This document shows, piece after piece, positions 10,339 through 24,114 of a stretch of DNA of 64,000 bases. Positions within the stretch are counted from its first letter, which is position 1, and every line of letters starts with the position of its first letter. The position numbers were made by a program, and so were the translations under genes. The notes below the pieces were generated by a model that was not told the origin of the DNA, made no database searches, and was given only the letters and a program-made list of their open reading frames with translations. Source of the stretch: Blastocladiella emersonii ATCC 22665 (Eukaryota; Fungi; Blastocladiomycota); the NCBI GenBank assembly GCA_025594325.1, contig JANHCV010000009.1:1612001-1676000 (forward strand), written 5' to 3'.

Positions 10339-13300
10339 TCACGGGTACCCAACGGCCTTGAACGCCTTGGCGACCTGCTTGTACTTCTTGGCGTGCACCT
10401 GCGGCCCGCGGCGGAGCGACGCGGCCATGCGGCCGAACGCGTCCGCGAGCGCCGGGTACACGTGCTTCTCGGCGAGCCACGAGATGACAAAGTGCGCGGC
10501 CGCGAGCGCCGCGATGAAGACCTGGTACGACGGCGGGACCGGGAGCAGGTCGAACAGCGACATGACCCACTCGACGCGGATCCCGAGCAGGACCACGTTG
10601 CACGCGATCACGGCGAAGACGAGCCCGATGAAGGCAGCTACAGCGTGGGCTGACACGGTCAGTTCGTGTTGATTTGAGGGAGTGCAACGTCAGCAACGTA
10701 CTGTTCTTGAAGATACTGGCGCGGTACGGCGGCCCGGCGGTGAAGCACACGGCGAGGGCAATGTACTGGAACGCCGAGAGCAGGAACACGACCGTGTTCT
10801 CGTGCGCCGTGACGATGCGCTCGTCGGGGTCGGCGAGCGGGAGCTCGTACCACGCCTGGAGCTTGACGTGGTAGAAGATGAACAACTGGAACGCGAGCTG
10901 GAGCAGGACGTGGCCAATGAGACTGGTGATGATGCGCTTGGACAGGAGGTTGCCCGTGGGCCGCTTGGGCACGAGCGTCGAGTACGCCTCGGACCGCGCC
11001 ATGGTGATGGCGAGCGGCAGGATCAGGACAATGTCAATGTACAGGAACTGGCCGTCGCCGAGGTTGGAGACCACCAGGTACAGCGTCGTCACCGACGTGA
11101 ACTGGATGAACGAGTACAGCGCCATGAACCGGAACGACGACATGGCCGTGACGATGGCGGCGCGGCCCTCACGCAGCAGCGTGACGACGCAGTTGACGTC
11201 GGGCGACGTGGACGTGAAGGGCGCCGCGACCGACGCCTCGGCCTCAGACAGCGACAGCCCGACGTCCGCCGCCTTGAGCGCGCCGCAGTCGTTGCTACCG
11301 TCGCCCGTGAAGCTGACCGTGTACCCGACGCCCTGCAGCTTCTCGACGAGCCACTGCTTCTGGTCGGGACTCATGCGCGCAAACACCTGCGCCTTGTACA
11401 GCATGCGGTTCAGCGCCTCGGCCGGCGCGTGCTCGACCATCCAGTCGAACACGTCGCCCGTGACCGCGAGCGAGTACGGCGGCGGGCGCGACGCGCCGCG
11501 GGATGCGCCGCCCGGGAGCGAGGTCGGAAGGAGCGACAACGGGTCCAGGGTGCGAGACGGGTCCTCGAACGACTCCCACGCCACGTGCGTGTACGTCGGC
11601 TCGGGCGCCGAGACGATATCCGCGGCGTCGAGGTTGGCGACCGGGACGGGCGTGGCGATCGTGAGCCCGCCGTACCCGCCGGCGGACGGGTCCATCTTCT
11701 TGGACTTGCCACCGCCGCCGACGCCGTTGGCCGAGAGCATCGAGCCGGTGCCGGACATGACGACGGACGAGGCGCCTGAGGTGACCGAGAGCGGCGACTG
11801 GGCGAGCCGCGGCACGTAGATGTCGTCCATGCGGTCAATGATCCCGCACTCGCGCGACACGCTGATGGCGGTGAGCACGTTGTCGCCGGTGCACATGACG
11901 CAGCGGATGGCGGCGGTGCGCAGGGTCTCGATGGCCGAGGCGGACCCGGGCTTGAGCTTGTTCTCGAACACGAGGAACCCGAGGAACGTGAGGGCCGACT
12001 CGGTAGCGGTGCGCCCGAGCCGCTCGACCTTGACGAGGTTGAGCCCGGCGAGGTCGCGCTTGGCGAGGGCAATGACGCGGAGCCCGCGGTGCGCGAGCGC
12101 CTCGAGCTGCGCGTCGTAGTCGGCGGGCAGGGTCTCGGGGAGGCAGATGTCGCGCATGACCTCGGGCGCGCCCTTGCAGTAGACGCGGAACGGCTCGCCG
12201 ATGTTGGTGGTGGCGCCGGGCAGCGGCGCGGCGCGCGTCACGACCGACATGCGGCGCAGCTCGCTGACAAACTCGTACGCCTTGATGATCCCGATCTCGC
12301 CCTCGACGGGCGCCGCGGTGCCGGGCGCCGGGTGCGCGCGGCCCGGCGGGTGCACGCGCATGCCGCCGACCGAGTCGTGCATCTTCCACTTGGTCCAAGC
12401 CAGCATCTTGAGGTCGAGCGGGTCGCCAATGTGCTCGCCGTTGTCGAGCGCGTTGATCCCGTGGCACGTGGCCATGGCGACGAGCGCGTGGTGCGCGACC
12501 GAGGCCGCCGTCGGGAGACTGCTGACGCTCGCGCGCGGGTCGGCGGGCGAGGTGCGCAGGTCCTCGGGCTCGGCGAGGAGCGACGAGAACTTGTGCGTCT
12601 GCGGGTCGACGAGGTGGACGCCGAGCACGTCGAGACCGTCCTCGGTCAGCGTGCCCGTCTTGTCGAAGCACGCAATGTCGATCTTGCCGGCGAGGTTGAC
12701 GCGGTTGGGCGAGATGCAGAAGATGTTGGACCGGCGCAGGCGGTGCAAGGCGAAACTGGTGCCCGCCGAGATGGTAGCGGGCAGCGCGGGCGGGATGATG
12801 ATGGTGACGAGGTCGAGGGCGCGGAAAATGATGATCTTGGCCGAGGTGCCCGCCATGACAAAGTTGTAGACGGAGAAGGCGAACCCGACGAGGGCGAACA
12901 GCGAGAGCACGCCAATGAAGCGGAACGCGTCGCGGTAAAACCCGAAATCGTGCGGCTTGGGGAACAGCATGGACCGGATGAGCGAGCCCTTGGTGGTGTT
13001 GAACCCGGTGCGGACGACCATGGCAAGGGGCGGGAGCGAGGGCGACGCGCCACCGGGCGAGCGCGGGAGCGACCCGGTGCTGGTGCCCATCCCACTAATC
13101 TCGCCGCCGGGCCCGCGGACGCGCACGAGCTGGGTGCCGCAGAAGAGGAAGGACTTGACGACGGGGCCCGAGACCTGGGCCTCGTGCAGGCTGGCGTCGG
13201 CGAGGACCTTGAGGTCGGCGGCGCTCGACTTGCCGACGGGGATCGACTCGCCGGTCAGCATGGACTCGTTGACGATGCAGTCGCCGGCGACGAGGAGGGC

Positions 13301-15024
13301 GTCGCACGGCATGGAGGTGAAGTCGGTGGTGTCGAGCTCGAACAGGTCGCCCGGGACGAGGTCGGCGTTGGTGACCTTGACCCAGTGGCCGCTGCGGTAC
13401 ACGTTGACCTCGCACGTGAACTTGGACATGTCGCGGAGCCGCTTGAGGTTGCGCTTGGTCTCGATGAGCGTGTCGAGCGAGGACACGACCGAGATGACGA
13501 AGATGCACGTCGCGTAGTACAGGTACTCGTCGAGGGCCCACAGGATCATGGAGAAGACCTGGAACACGTAGAAGGGGTGCAGGACCTCGCTGAGGACGAG
13601 GTCGAGCGTCGAGCGCTCGGGGATCAGGATGGCGTTGGGGCCGAACACCTGGCGGCGCTCGACGGCGGTGGTCGAGGCCAGCGACAGCGCCGTGAGCATG
13701 GAGGCCGCGGCCTGGGCGGCCGGGGACAGCGTCGTGGACGACGGGGGCGAGGGCAGGATGGCGCGCGGGGACATGGGCGGCTGCGGCGGGGAGGCCGAGA
13801 TCCAGCGCGGGTCCTTCCAGTCGGCGCCGGTGGCGAACCCCTTGGCGGTCGGATCCCACAGGAAGCGGATGCAGCGGTACTCGAAGTAGGCGAGATGGTA
13901 CAGCAGAGTCGCCGCGGGCTCGTGGTGCGAGGCCGGGTCGACGGTCGCGGGCTTGGCCATGTCAGCGGCGGTCACGGCGGTAGCGCCCGGGTGGGTGAAG
14001 ACGTTGGCGGCGTGGCCGTGGAACAGGTCGTTCTTGAGCGGGACGAGGTGCGACTCCTCCCACGAGTTGGCGATGCGGACCCAGATGGTGCCGTGGGCGC
14101 CGCCCGAGACGAGCGGGGTGGCGTCGGCGGCGGTGGAGGCGGAAGGGGCGGTGCCGAGGACGACCGAGTCGTCGACAGCGGTGACGCGCTTGCCGAAGAT
14201 GCGGACCCAGCGGTCGGGGAACCAGCGCGAGAGCAGGGCGACGAGGCCGGCGGTGGCGAGCGAGGCGAGCAGGTACATGGCGTAGCCGAGGCGCGAGACG
14301 CGGTACAGGGTGACGCGGGCGAGCAGGTCGCCCTCCTCGAGAACGAGCTGCTGGTGCCAGCCGCGGTTGCGGGCTACAGGGTAGGCGAGACGGGTGAGGC
14401 GCTGCAGTCGAGGAGTCACGGCGTGAGAGCGAGCGTACCAGCCTGGTTGGCGCGACGGCGCGATCCGCCGTGGTGGTCCTTGTCGCCGTCATCGACAGCG
14501 CGGCGGTCGAGCCCGTTGCCGTTGCGAGCGGTACGCCCACCGCGCTGGCGCGAGTACACGCCGGTACCAGTACCGGTATCGCGGGCGCGGCCCGAGGACT
14601 CTGCGGCGAGGCGCAGCTCGGCGTCGCTGTCGACGTCGCCGAGGTCGTCAGCGCTCGAGCCGTCGATGCTCGGGGCGGGCGACCCGAGCAGGCGCACGTC
14701 CGTGTCGGAGCCGGGGCTCGAGCGGCCGTCGCTCGGTGCGCCGCCGCCGTGCGGGAAGCGGATCGTGTAGGGCGTGGTGGCGGCGCGGAACCGCGTCAGC
14801 GGCGTGGCCGTGGCGGGCGACGGCGGCCCGTTGGCGGCGGCGGGCTGCTGGCTCGGCAGGAGCGCGGGCGAGCTGGCGGCGGCCGTAAAGTGGCCGTTCC
14901 CGTTGGCGGCAGTCGGCGCCGTGCGAGTCAGAGTCGAGGAGGGGGAGCCGGGCGCGGGCGCGGCTGGCGGGCGGCCGTTGTGCGGCGGGCCCGCCGGGTG
15001 GGCAGCGTTGGTGCTGCTGGTCAT
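10339..15024 (-). CDS. YPK9: P5B-type ATPase (YPK9/ATP13A2-like); exons 15024-14439, 14373-10702, 10637-10339
   Basis: TGES, PPALP (P5B signature), DKTGTLT, CKGAPE, TGDN and GDGSND motifs. Introns 14374-14438 (65 nt) and 10638-10701 (64 nt) have matching phases. Low-complexity N-terminal extension; the start at 15024 is the best ATG but unproven. Confidence 0.93.
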
Positions 15025-15593
15025 GCTCGCGGGTGGAGGGGCGAGCGAGGCAGAGCAGAACGAGGGGGAAAGAGGATCGCGAACGGCGGCGGGTCGCGGT
15101 TGGGCGGGCGGCGGGCGGCAGCGGCGGCGGCGGCGGCGGGCGGTGCTAGGGCACGGAGTCCATGGACTGCGATGATACGTTGCGACGTGTGTGTTGCCGG
15201 CGGGCGGCGGGGAGAGAGAGGATCGGGGCCGCCCGATGGCCAGCGGGTCGCTCACTCAACCTCGGTCGGGCCAACAAGCGGGTCCGCGTTGATGGCGCCA
15301 CTTCCAGCGCTCCCCTCTTGGCCCGCAGCGACCTCGGGCCCGACCGCGAGGGTTGGCGACGGCCGGCGCGATGCGATGAGTGTAATACATGCGGGTGCGA
15401 GGCATGATAAAGCGCCTGGCAACCCGTCACGTGGCATGACCGCGCCCAAGCCACTCCGGGTTTAGCACGCCCCTTCATGCGCGCGTTTCAGTCCGGCGCG
15501 CTCGATCGAGAGAGCCGCCGCGATGAGTGGCGTGGGACGGATCATGTAGCAAATTTGAAATCATGTTGAACAAATCAATGGACCGTGAGCGCG

Positions 15594-17302
15594 TCAGTGC
15601 TCGCACAGATTGAAGGGCGCCGAGTAGGTCAGCTCGGTCGACACGCTCGCGAACCCGGTCCGCTCGTCCATGAGCGCAAGCCGGTGCTTCTTGGCCGCGC
15701 CGAGCGTCATGCGCGACGGCACCTGGTCGGCCACGGCCTCGACCAGCTCGGTGGGCAGTGCCGCCGTCAGCCAGTGCTCGGGCTGCGCCAGGACCGCACG
15801 CGCGAGCCACGACGCCTGCTGCGGCGCCACCACCGCCGTCGACGGCACCGGCTCGCTGCGCTCCGGGTCGACCAGGAACACGGCCACGATCTTGCGATGT
15901 CCCTGCCGCGTGGGGTCCGCCAGCGAAAACGGCGCCACGCGGTGCTGGTACAGGTTCGGGAAGCACACGCCGCGGCCCTGCTCGGCCACAATGTGCCCGC
16001 ACTCCTGCGACAGCCAGTCCTCGTTGCTGAGCCCGTAGATCTGCTCCATGCCCATGTAGTCGCTCTGCTCGTAGTCGGGCCCGCGGATCGCCGTGCGGAA
16101 GTGCAGCCGCGACTCGGTGATGTTGGCCACGTCGTAGTAGTACAGCCCCGTCGCCACAATTGACTCGTTCTCCATGCCCTCGACGTGCCAGCTGCCGCCC
16201 GCGTAATGGGGCCGCTCGGGCGTCAGGTGGATGTTGGCCAGCTTGACAATCACCTGCAGCCGCCGGCCCGCCAGCGACGGCGCCTTGGGCACCGCGCACC
16301 ACGCCGGGTCAAACGCCGCGGGCACCGCGGGCTGCACCGGCTGACGCTCGTAGAACTCGTCGTCGTCGAGTCCGTTCTCCGAATCGGGCCAGATCTCGCG
16401 CCCGTTCGCGTCGTACCGGTGCGGGTACCACTCGCGCGCCGCTATCGTCCAAATTTGAGGTGAGTGATCGGCTCTCAACGGGTTGCAGGGAGTGAGAAGC
16501 ACGTACATGCGTGGATGCGCAGCGGGAACGGGTGCTCGATGCGCGCCAGCGTCTGCTCGAACAGCGGCAGCATCGCTGACACCACCTGCTCGAGCATGCC
16601 GTACAGCTCGCCGTGGTCGTGCGGGTGCAGGTTGTTGATGTACGACACGAAACGCGCCGCGCGGCCCGTCGCGTCCACCTCGATGTCGGCCGGGAGCCAC
16701 TGGAACTGCTCCGACACGAACTCGTCCGAGTCGGCGGCAGCGGGCGGGACCGCGAGCTTGCCGCCCATGGCCGCCGGGTCCTCGAAGGCGCGCGCCACCG
16801 ACTCCTCGACCGACCGCGCCGCGTGCTCGCGCGCCACCACGCGCGTGAACCCGTACACGAGCGGGTACAGCGACGGGTGCACCAGGTCGAGTACCTGGTT
16901 GCCCGACCGCGGGTGCCAGTCCTTCTTCGACTCGGGCACCGCGTCCTCGAGCTGCGCCGCGACCAGCGCCGCGAGCCGCGCGCGCTCGGCCTCGGGGAGC
17001 AGGTCGTCGATGGCGTGCACGTTGTCGGCGCCCGCCATGGTCGGCGCGTGGACCGCCGTGTACGCGATCTCGTCAAAGACGTAGTGCAGCGCGTCCTCGC
17101 TGGCGGCGCCCTGCGCGGCGAGCTCGGCGCGCCACTTGGCGGCGATCGCCGGGTCCTGGGCCTTGGCCGCCCACTGCACCTTGTTGCGGATCGCGCCCAG
17201 GAGGCCGAGGAGGCGCCGCTCGCGCAGCGTCACGGCCGGGTACGGCGCGTCCTCGTTCATGTAGTCGTCCTCGCGGGCGTGGAACGGCAGCCGGAACGCC
17301 AT
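15594..17302 (-). CDS. DUF4246 family protein (putative Fe(II) oxygenase fold); exons 17302-16507 and 16441-15594
   Basis: DWHPRSGNQVLDLVHPSLYPLVYG, FQWLP, SYINNLHP, LQVIVKLANIHLTP, GGSWHVEG and NLYQHRV motifs. The 65-nt intron 16442-16506 joins the two ORFs in phase. Confidence 0.88.
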
Positions 17303-17985
17303 GGTGTCGGTTGCAGTGCGCGAGTGGTGCTCGGTGAGGTTTTCGTGGTGGAGAGGACGTAGGAACGGCCCGCTTTTGTACTGCCGCGGTCGGGACTAAC
17401 CGCTCGAAAGTGGCGCGTCACCAGATTTTCCGCGGATGCAGCCGCGCTGACTCGACGCGTAACCGTCGCCGCCTGTGCGTCACACTTGCCATCGCCGTCA
17501 TCGCGCGCCGATTGAAATGCTTAACTCGCCACCGAATCCCTCTACCGATGCCAACCCGTCGCAGGCGACTCCGTCGTTGGACTCGCTCTACTACGGCCAG
17601 CAAGAATACGCGGCCGCGAAGCGCCGAATGACGCCTCGGCCTCACCGGTTCTTGTGCCATGGCGGGCGCGAGAAACACAGAGGCTCCAGTCCACGGCTGA
17701 GAGCACACGCGTCCGGGAGAGGATACTCGCAACACCACACGCGCCTCGGTCCGTCAGCACGCGTTGCGCCACATCTGGCATGTCACGCCGTGAGCGACGC
17801 GGTCCGAGCGCGTCATGGCGATGAAGAAGTCGGATTTGCGCGCCGCGCCCTGCGCTTGTGACTCAATTCAGCGTTCAACGTTTCAGCCGCGACGCGGTGA
17901 CTTGGTCGCCGCTTGCATTCACCTGAGTCCGAAGCGGCCTCGCCCGACCCTCTCTCTCCCGCATCCGCTCGCACCAGCAGCAACC

Positions 17986-20900
17986 ATGTCGTCGCTGCTA
18001 TGCCCCTCGGGCCACTGGTCGCCGTCCGACCCGGCCCGCCCCGACGACCTGTCGCCGTGCTTCCTCGCCTGGGTCGTGCGCACCGCCGCCCCGCTCGGCG
18101 CCGGCGCACTCGTCTGGGCCGCCTACCGCCTCCGCTACCGCGCCCGCGATGCGCCCGCCTACATGCAGCTGCCCGTTGACGACCCGTCCGAGGACCTCGG
18201 CGATACCGCCATGGAGGGCGGCACCGTCGTCCCGCTCGCCGCCACCGCCGCCCTGACCCAGGTCAACGCCCGCCTGTCGCTGCTGCGTAAGCTGCTCGCC
18301 GCCACGCTCGGCGCCTACGCGGCCGCCCTCGTTGCCGGCACGCTCAACGCCGCCGTCACGGCCGGCGACGCCAACGAGGCCGCCGTCCAGGGCCTGCACG
18401 CCGTCTTTGCCGCGGCCGCCACCCTCGCCGCCGCCTCGATGCGCGGCTCCCGCATCTTCTCGCTCGTCGCCATCCTGTTCGTCGATCTGGTCGCCGCCCT
18501 CGTCAACCTGCGCTCGGTCCTGCTCGGCGCCACCCAGCTCGCGCCCGAGCACATGCTGCCGATCGCCCAGGCCTCGCTCGTCCTCGCCGCCTTCATCTGG
18601 AGCACGCTCGAGTACAACCGCATCACCCACGTCAAGCAGAAGCTGCTGCTCGCGTCGTCGCAGAATGCCGGTGAGGCTGCCGGCCCAACCATGTCGCTCG
18701 AGCCGTTCGCCTCGGTCCTGCAGCTCGCCACCTTCTCGTGGTTCACGCCGCTCGTGCACCAGGGCTACAAGAAGCCGCTCGAGCTCGCCGACGTGTGGGA
18801 CCTCGCCCTGCAGGACAAGTCTGTGTCCGCGATCCGCGAGCTGTCGACCAACGCCAAACCTGGCCGCCCGACCTGGGTCGCCGTCCTGCTCACCGTCAAG
18901 TACCTGCTCGCCTACCAGATGCTCATGGGCCTCTGCGTCACCATCCTGTCCTTCAGCGGTACGTCAACTCGGCTTCGAAACGAGGTGGAGCGTTGGCTAA
19001 CGACGTTCACCCCGCCCTGCTAGGTCCCTACTTCCTGAACCGTCTGCTCTCGTACCTCGACGGCCAGACCGCCGACGTGCCCGCATACACGCCGTACCTC
19101 TACGTCCTCGGCATGTTCGCCGGCAACTTGCTCTCGTCCATCTGCTCTGGCCAGATGTTCTTCACTGGTCGCCGTGTCGGCACCCGCGTGCGCGCGATCC
19201 TCAACTCGCTGCTGTACCGCAAGACGCTCACGCGCAACCCGTACATGGCGCCCGCCAAGAAGGCCGACGGCGAACCCAAGTCCAAGGCCGACAAGACCAA
19301 GGAGCAGGACGTCAACGTGCTCGTCGGCACGGACGTCGGCCGCATCCTCGACTACGTTGCCTACCTCCAGTTCCTCATCACCACGCCCATGCAGATCGTG
19401 CTGTGCATCACGGCCCTGTACGCGCTGCTCGGGTGGTCGGCGCTGTTCGGTGTCTCGTTCCTGTGCGTCATGGTCCCGATCCAGTCGTGGCTCGGCACCA
19501 TCATGGAGAACAAGCAGGAGCTCGTCATGGAGGCCACCGACGCCCGCGTCAAGAAGATGCAGGAGGTGCTCGGCGGGATCCGCGTGCTCAAGTACTTTGC
19601 CTGGGAGCCCAAGTTCACGGCCGTCATCCAGTCGCTGCGTGACAACGAGGTCAATCGGATCCGCCACTACTGGATCATGATGTCGTCCGTCAACGTCCTG
19701 TACCACGCCGTCCCGACGCTCGTCACCATGGGCACGTTCATGACCTACGCGGGTATCGCCGGCCACGACCTCGACGCGACCACCGTTTTCACGGCCATCT
19801 CGCTCTTCTCGGTCCTCCGCATGCCTCTCTGGGACCTACCAGACCAATTAATTCGCTTTTTCGAGACCAAGGTGTCGATCCTGCGCATCCAGTCGTACCT
19901 CGACGGTCCCGACTTCGTCGACTACACGATCGACACGTCCGCCACGGCTTCGGGCGCGGCCGGCTACGGCTCGTTCGACCATGCCGTCGGCGACTACTAC
20001 ATCGGGTGCAAGGACGCGACGCTCCAGTGGCCCCGCGCTCCGGTCGGCGAGTCTTCCAGTACCTCGTCCTCCGACTCGGCTGCTGCCGCCGTGGCGACGC
20101 TCTCGGCTTCCTCGTCCACGACAGCGCTCAACGAGGCCGTCGCCGACGAGACCACGTCGCTCCTGTCCAGCAAGATCAAAGTCGCCGACACAACCCCGGT
20201 GGTCGACGGCGAGACCGCCGTGGCGACCAACGACGCGTCGTCGGCGTTCCAGCTGCGCAACGTGTCGGTCAAGTTCCCCAAGGGCAAGCTTTCGGTGATC
20301 CTGGGCAAGACGGGCTCGGGCAAGTCGTCCCTGCTGCACGCGCTGCTGGGCGAGCTCGAGCTCGTTTCCGGGTCCGTGTTCATGCCCAAGGTGCCCGTCG
20401 CGTACGTGCCGCAGCAGGCGTGGCTGCTCAACGCGACCATCAAGGACAACATCACGTTCGGCGCGCCGTTCGACGCGGCGCGGTACGCGGCCGTCATCAA
20501 GGCGTGCGCCCTCACGCGCGACCTCGAGATCTTTGACGCCGGCGACATGACCGAGCTCGGCGCCCTCGGCGTGAACGCGTCGGGCGGCCAGCGCCAGCGC
20601 ATCTCGCTCGCGCGCGCCGTCTACTCGAACGTCGACGCATACCAATTCGACGATGTGTTGAGCGCGGTGGACGCGCCCACGGCCGCCCACCTGTTCCACG
20701 AGTGCATCTGCGGCGATATCCTCAAGGACCGGACCCGGATTCTCGTGACGCACAACGTTGGGCTCGTTGCGCCGCGCGCCGACTACATTGTCTACGTCAA
20801 GGACGGCAGCGTTGCGGCCACGGGTTCCTCGATCCAGGAGGTTGCCGCGCAGCTCACGGCGCAGGGTTTCGACGAGGAGGCCGACGGCCTGCTCGAGGTC

Positions 20901-23386
20901 GCGACGCCAGCGCTCTCGCGCCAGCCCTCCGAGTCGTCGCTCACGGCCAAGGCTTCCGACACCAAGGCCGCCAAGGGCAAGGGCAAGGCCAAGCCCGAGC
21001 AGGGCGACGCCGACGCTGCCGCCGAAGCCGTTCTGGGCACCAGCGACTCGGACGCGGCGGCCGCTGGTGCCGCTGAACCCGAGAAGAAGGTGCACCGCCT
21101 CGTCGAGGACGAGGAAAAGGCGACGGGGTCCGTCGAGTGGTCCGTGTACGCGGCGTACTTTGCGGCGACGGGCGGCTTCATCTGGTGGTTCTTCATGATG
21201 CTCGGGCTGATCCTGCCGCAGGGCCTCAACGTGGCGCAGGACTGGTGGCTCAAGATGTGGGCGCAGTCGTACTCGCAGGCCAACGTGTTTGTCGCCAACC
21301 ACGCGTCCAAGTCGCTGTACTCGATGGTCATGCTCGCCGACGGCGACGCGCCCGCTTCGTCGTCCCCGCACGTCGACCTCGCCTTCTACATGTTCGTGTA
21401 CGCGGGCCTGTGCGCCGTCAACATCGTGCTCCAGTTCGGGTTCAACGTGCTCGAGATGATTGTCGCGCTCCGCGCCTCGGTCAAGCTGCACGAGGGCATC
21501 CTGCACCGCATCATGCGCGCGCCCATCGGCTACTTTGACAAGACGCCGCTCGGCCGCCTCACCAACCGCTTCTCCAAGGACATGCAGACCATTGACCGCG
21601 AGGTCATCTGGACCCTGACGGGCGTCGCCTGGGCCTCCTCGTCGGTGCTCATCATCCTGATCATGGTCTCGGTGATCAGCCCGCTGTTCCTCGCGTTCGT
21701 GGCTCCCCTGGGCGTCATGTACAAGTTCATTGCCGGGTACTACCTCGCGAGCAGTCGCGAGCTGAAGCGGCTCGAGTCGGTGACGCGCTCACCCGTGTAC
21801 TCGGTGTACCAGGAGACGACGGGCGGCACCTCGGTGATCCGCGCGTTCCGGTCCGAGGCCAGGTTCCAGCAGCGCGCGCACGCCCGCATGGACGACCACC
21901 ACCGGCCCTTTTTCGCGCTGTGGCTCGCCAACCGCTGGCTCAGCATCCGCGTCGATTTCCTCAGCAACGTCATCATCATGGCGTGCGGCCTCGCCATCCT
22001 CATCTCGGGCGGCCTGTACGCCGGCACCGCCGGTATCGCGCTGACGTGGGTCATGACCATTTCCGACTCGTGCCTGTGGCTCGTCCGCATCCACGCCATG
22101 ATGGAGGTACGTCGTGTTCTCTCTCCCTCGTTCGCCGTCAAACGAAACGACACAAACTAACGATCCAACCAACCCTCCAACAGATGAACATGAACTCGGT
22201 CGAGCGGTTCGAGGAGCTCATGGCCATTGAGCAGGAGGCCACGGGCGGCGACCAGCCCGTGCACTGGCCGACGCGCGGCGACCTGACGGTGCGCGACCTC
22301 ACGATGCGGTACCCGTCGTCCACGTCGCCCGTGCTCCGCGGCATCTCCTTCTTGGTGCCCGGCCGCACCAAACTCGCGGTGGTCGGCCGGACGGGCTCGG
22401 GCAAGTCGTCCCTCGCGCTGACGCTGCTGCGCATGGTCGAGCCCGAGGGCGGCGTCATCGAGATTGACGGCGTGGCCACGCGCGACCTCGACCTCGCCGT
22501 GCTGCGGTCTCGCGTCACCATGGTCCCGCAGGACCCCGTCCTGTTCGAGGGCACGCTGCGGTCCAACCTCGACGTGCTCGGCGAGCACGACGACGCGACG
22601 TGCATCAACGCGCTCGAGCGCGTGCACTTTTTCGAGTCGGCCCAGCAGCAACAGCAGCAGCAGCAGCGTAGTGGCGACGAGTCGGCCGTCCAGTCTTCTT
22701 CCTCGTCCTCCTCGTCCAGCAGCAACGCGTCCGAGGAGACGGCGCAGCAGCAGGCGTCGGCACAGTCGACGAGCGCGTGGACCCTCGACTCGGCCGTCAC
22801 GGCCGGCGGCAAGAACCTGTCGCAGGGCCAGCGCCAGCTAGTCACGCTCGCGCGCGCGCTGGTGCGGCGGTCCAAGGTGATCATCATGGACGAGTCCACG
22901 GCGAACGTGAGCCACGACCTGGACGCCAAGATCCAGGAGACGATCCGGTCCGAGTTTGCCGACTCGACGATCCTCGTCATTGCGCACCGCCTGCGCACCG
23001 TCGCCGACTTTGACAAGTACGTGTTTTCGAGTCTAGTTCTGGATGTAACTGCAGCATGCTAACAACGCTCACTCGCACCTCGTAGGATCCTCGTCCTCGA
23101 CCACGGCCGCGTCATGGAGTTTGGCTCGCCCGCCGAGCTCATTGACCAGCCCGAGTCCATCTTCAACCACATGTGCCGCGAGTCGGGCGAGTACGACCAC
23201 CTCGTCGCCATGGCGCACCGCGCCGCGGCGGCTGCGAGCCCCAGCACCGCTGCCGGCTCGTCGTCGTTAACGTCGGCCCGTCCCGGCCACAACAACAACG
23301 TCACGAGCGCGTCCTCGTCGATGCTCGTGGCGCCGTCGGCCACCACGTCCACGTCGTCGCTCGCGTCCGGCGCCACGCTGCTGTGA
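17986..23386 (+). CDS. ABCC (MRP/YBT1-like) full-size ABC transporter; exons 17986-18958, 19024-22106, 22184-23016, 23086-23386
   Basis: TMD0-like N-terminus, two TMDs, NBD1 GKTGSGKSS/ASGGQRQR/DDVLSAVD, NBD2 GRTGSGKSS/LSQGQRQ/IMDESTA/IAHRL. Three introns of 65, 77 and 69 nt with GTACGT donors, all in phase. Confidence 0.95.
22643..22716 (+). repeat. CAG/CAA and TCN runs encoding a poly-Q/poly-S insertion in ABCC NBD2
   Basis: SAQQQQQQQQRSGDESAVQSSSSSSSSSS lies between ERVHF and WTLDS..GGKNLSQGQ. Confidence 0.8.
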
Positions 23387-24114
23387 ACTGCCCGCGACTC
23401 GAGCAACCACGCGTCGCCGCGGCCGTCCCAGTCGCTCCCCGCCGTGTACTTCTTGATCCTCGTCGTTTTCTCAGTTGTCGCAGCTGCTGTCAGTTGATTG
23501 ATCGTCATAGTCATCCGTTTTGTTCCCTCCTCAGAGTGCTTTCTGTTACCTTCCCCTCATCCTCCACTTGTTATCTTCTCAGTTAGTTTCCCCACCCTCC
23601 CCACTAATCAAATGTGCTGCTGTTCTGCATCATCCTACCGTCGACTTTGAGTGGGAGGTGCTGGCACCACACCAAGATCCGGTCGAGGCCTGACCGATCA
23701 TCCGGAGCAACTCGAACATGGGCATCATGGCCCTCGTTGGCCGCCCGAACGCAAAAAGGTCTCGTCGCGAAATTAGAGCTTCACGCCAAGTTAAATCAAC
23801 AGATGTGATTCGGAAAGCCCTAAGCGTAGTTTCAGTGAAGTGTGGTGAAGTTGAGAGTGGATGAAACGCGTCGTCCGTTGACCTTTGCTGCGCCACCATC
23901 CGCGATGCGAGACAGCGTGAGACACTTTCTTGACGCGCCGCACACGTGGATCATGACTCGCACCCCGCGACGCATCGCATTCCGTGGTATCGGGAATGCA
24001 CCGGCCGATTACCCGATGCAGCTCGCTTCCCGCGGTCCTCAACAGATACCTTGCGCTCTCCCTCCTCGCGCTCCTGCTTCCGTAATCCATCGCCATCGTC
24101 ATCAAGCGTTTACC

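Noticed and set aside
12089-14770. Long antisense or overlapping ORFs (893 aa here; also 19848..21506, 40434..42167, 50425..52158)
   Set aside because: These are shadows of real genes caused by extreme GC3 bias. They have GTG/TTG starts, repetitive composition and no motifs.
15373-15527. Two GCGATGAG (PAC-like) motifs
   Set aside because: PAC marks ribosome-biogenesis genes in yeasts, and the neighbours here are not such genes. Two copies of a GC-rich 8-mer are weak evidence.
20315-22412. About 20-nt direct repeat ggctcgggcaagtcgtccct
   Set aside because: It encodes the two Walker A motifs of the ABC transporter under strong codon bias.
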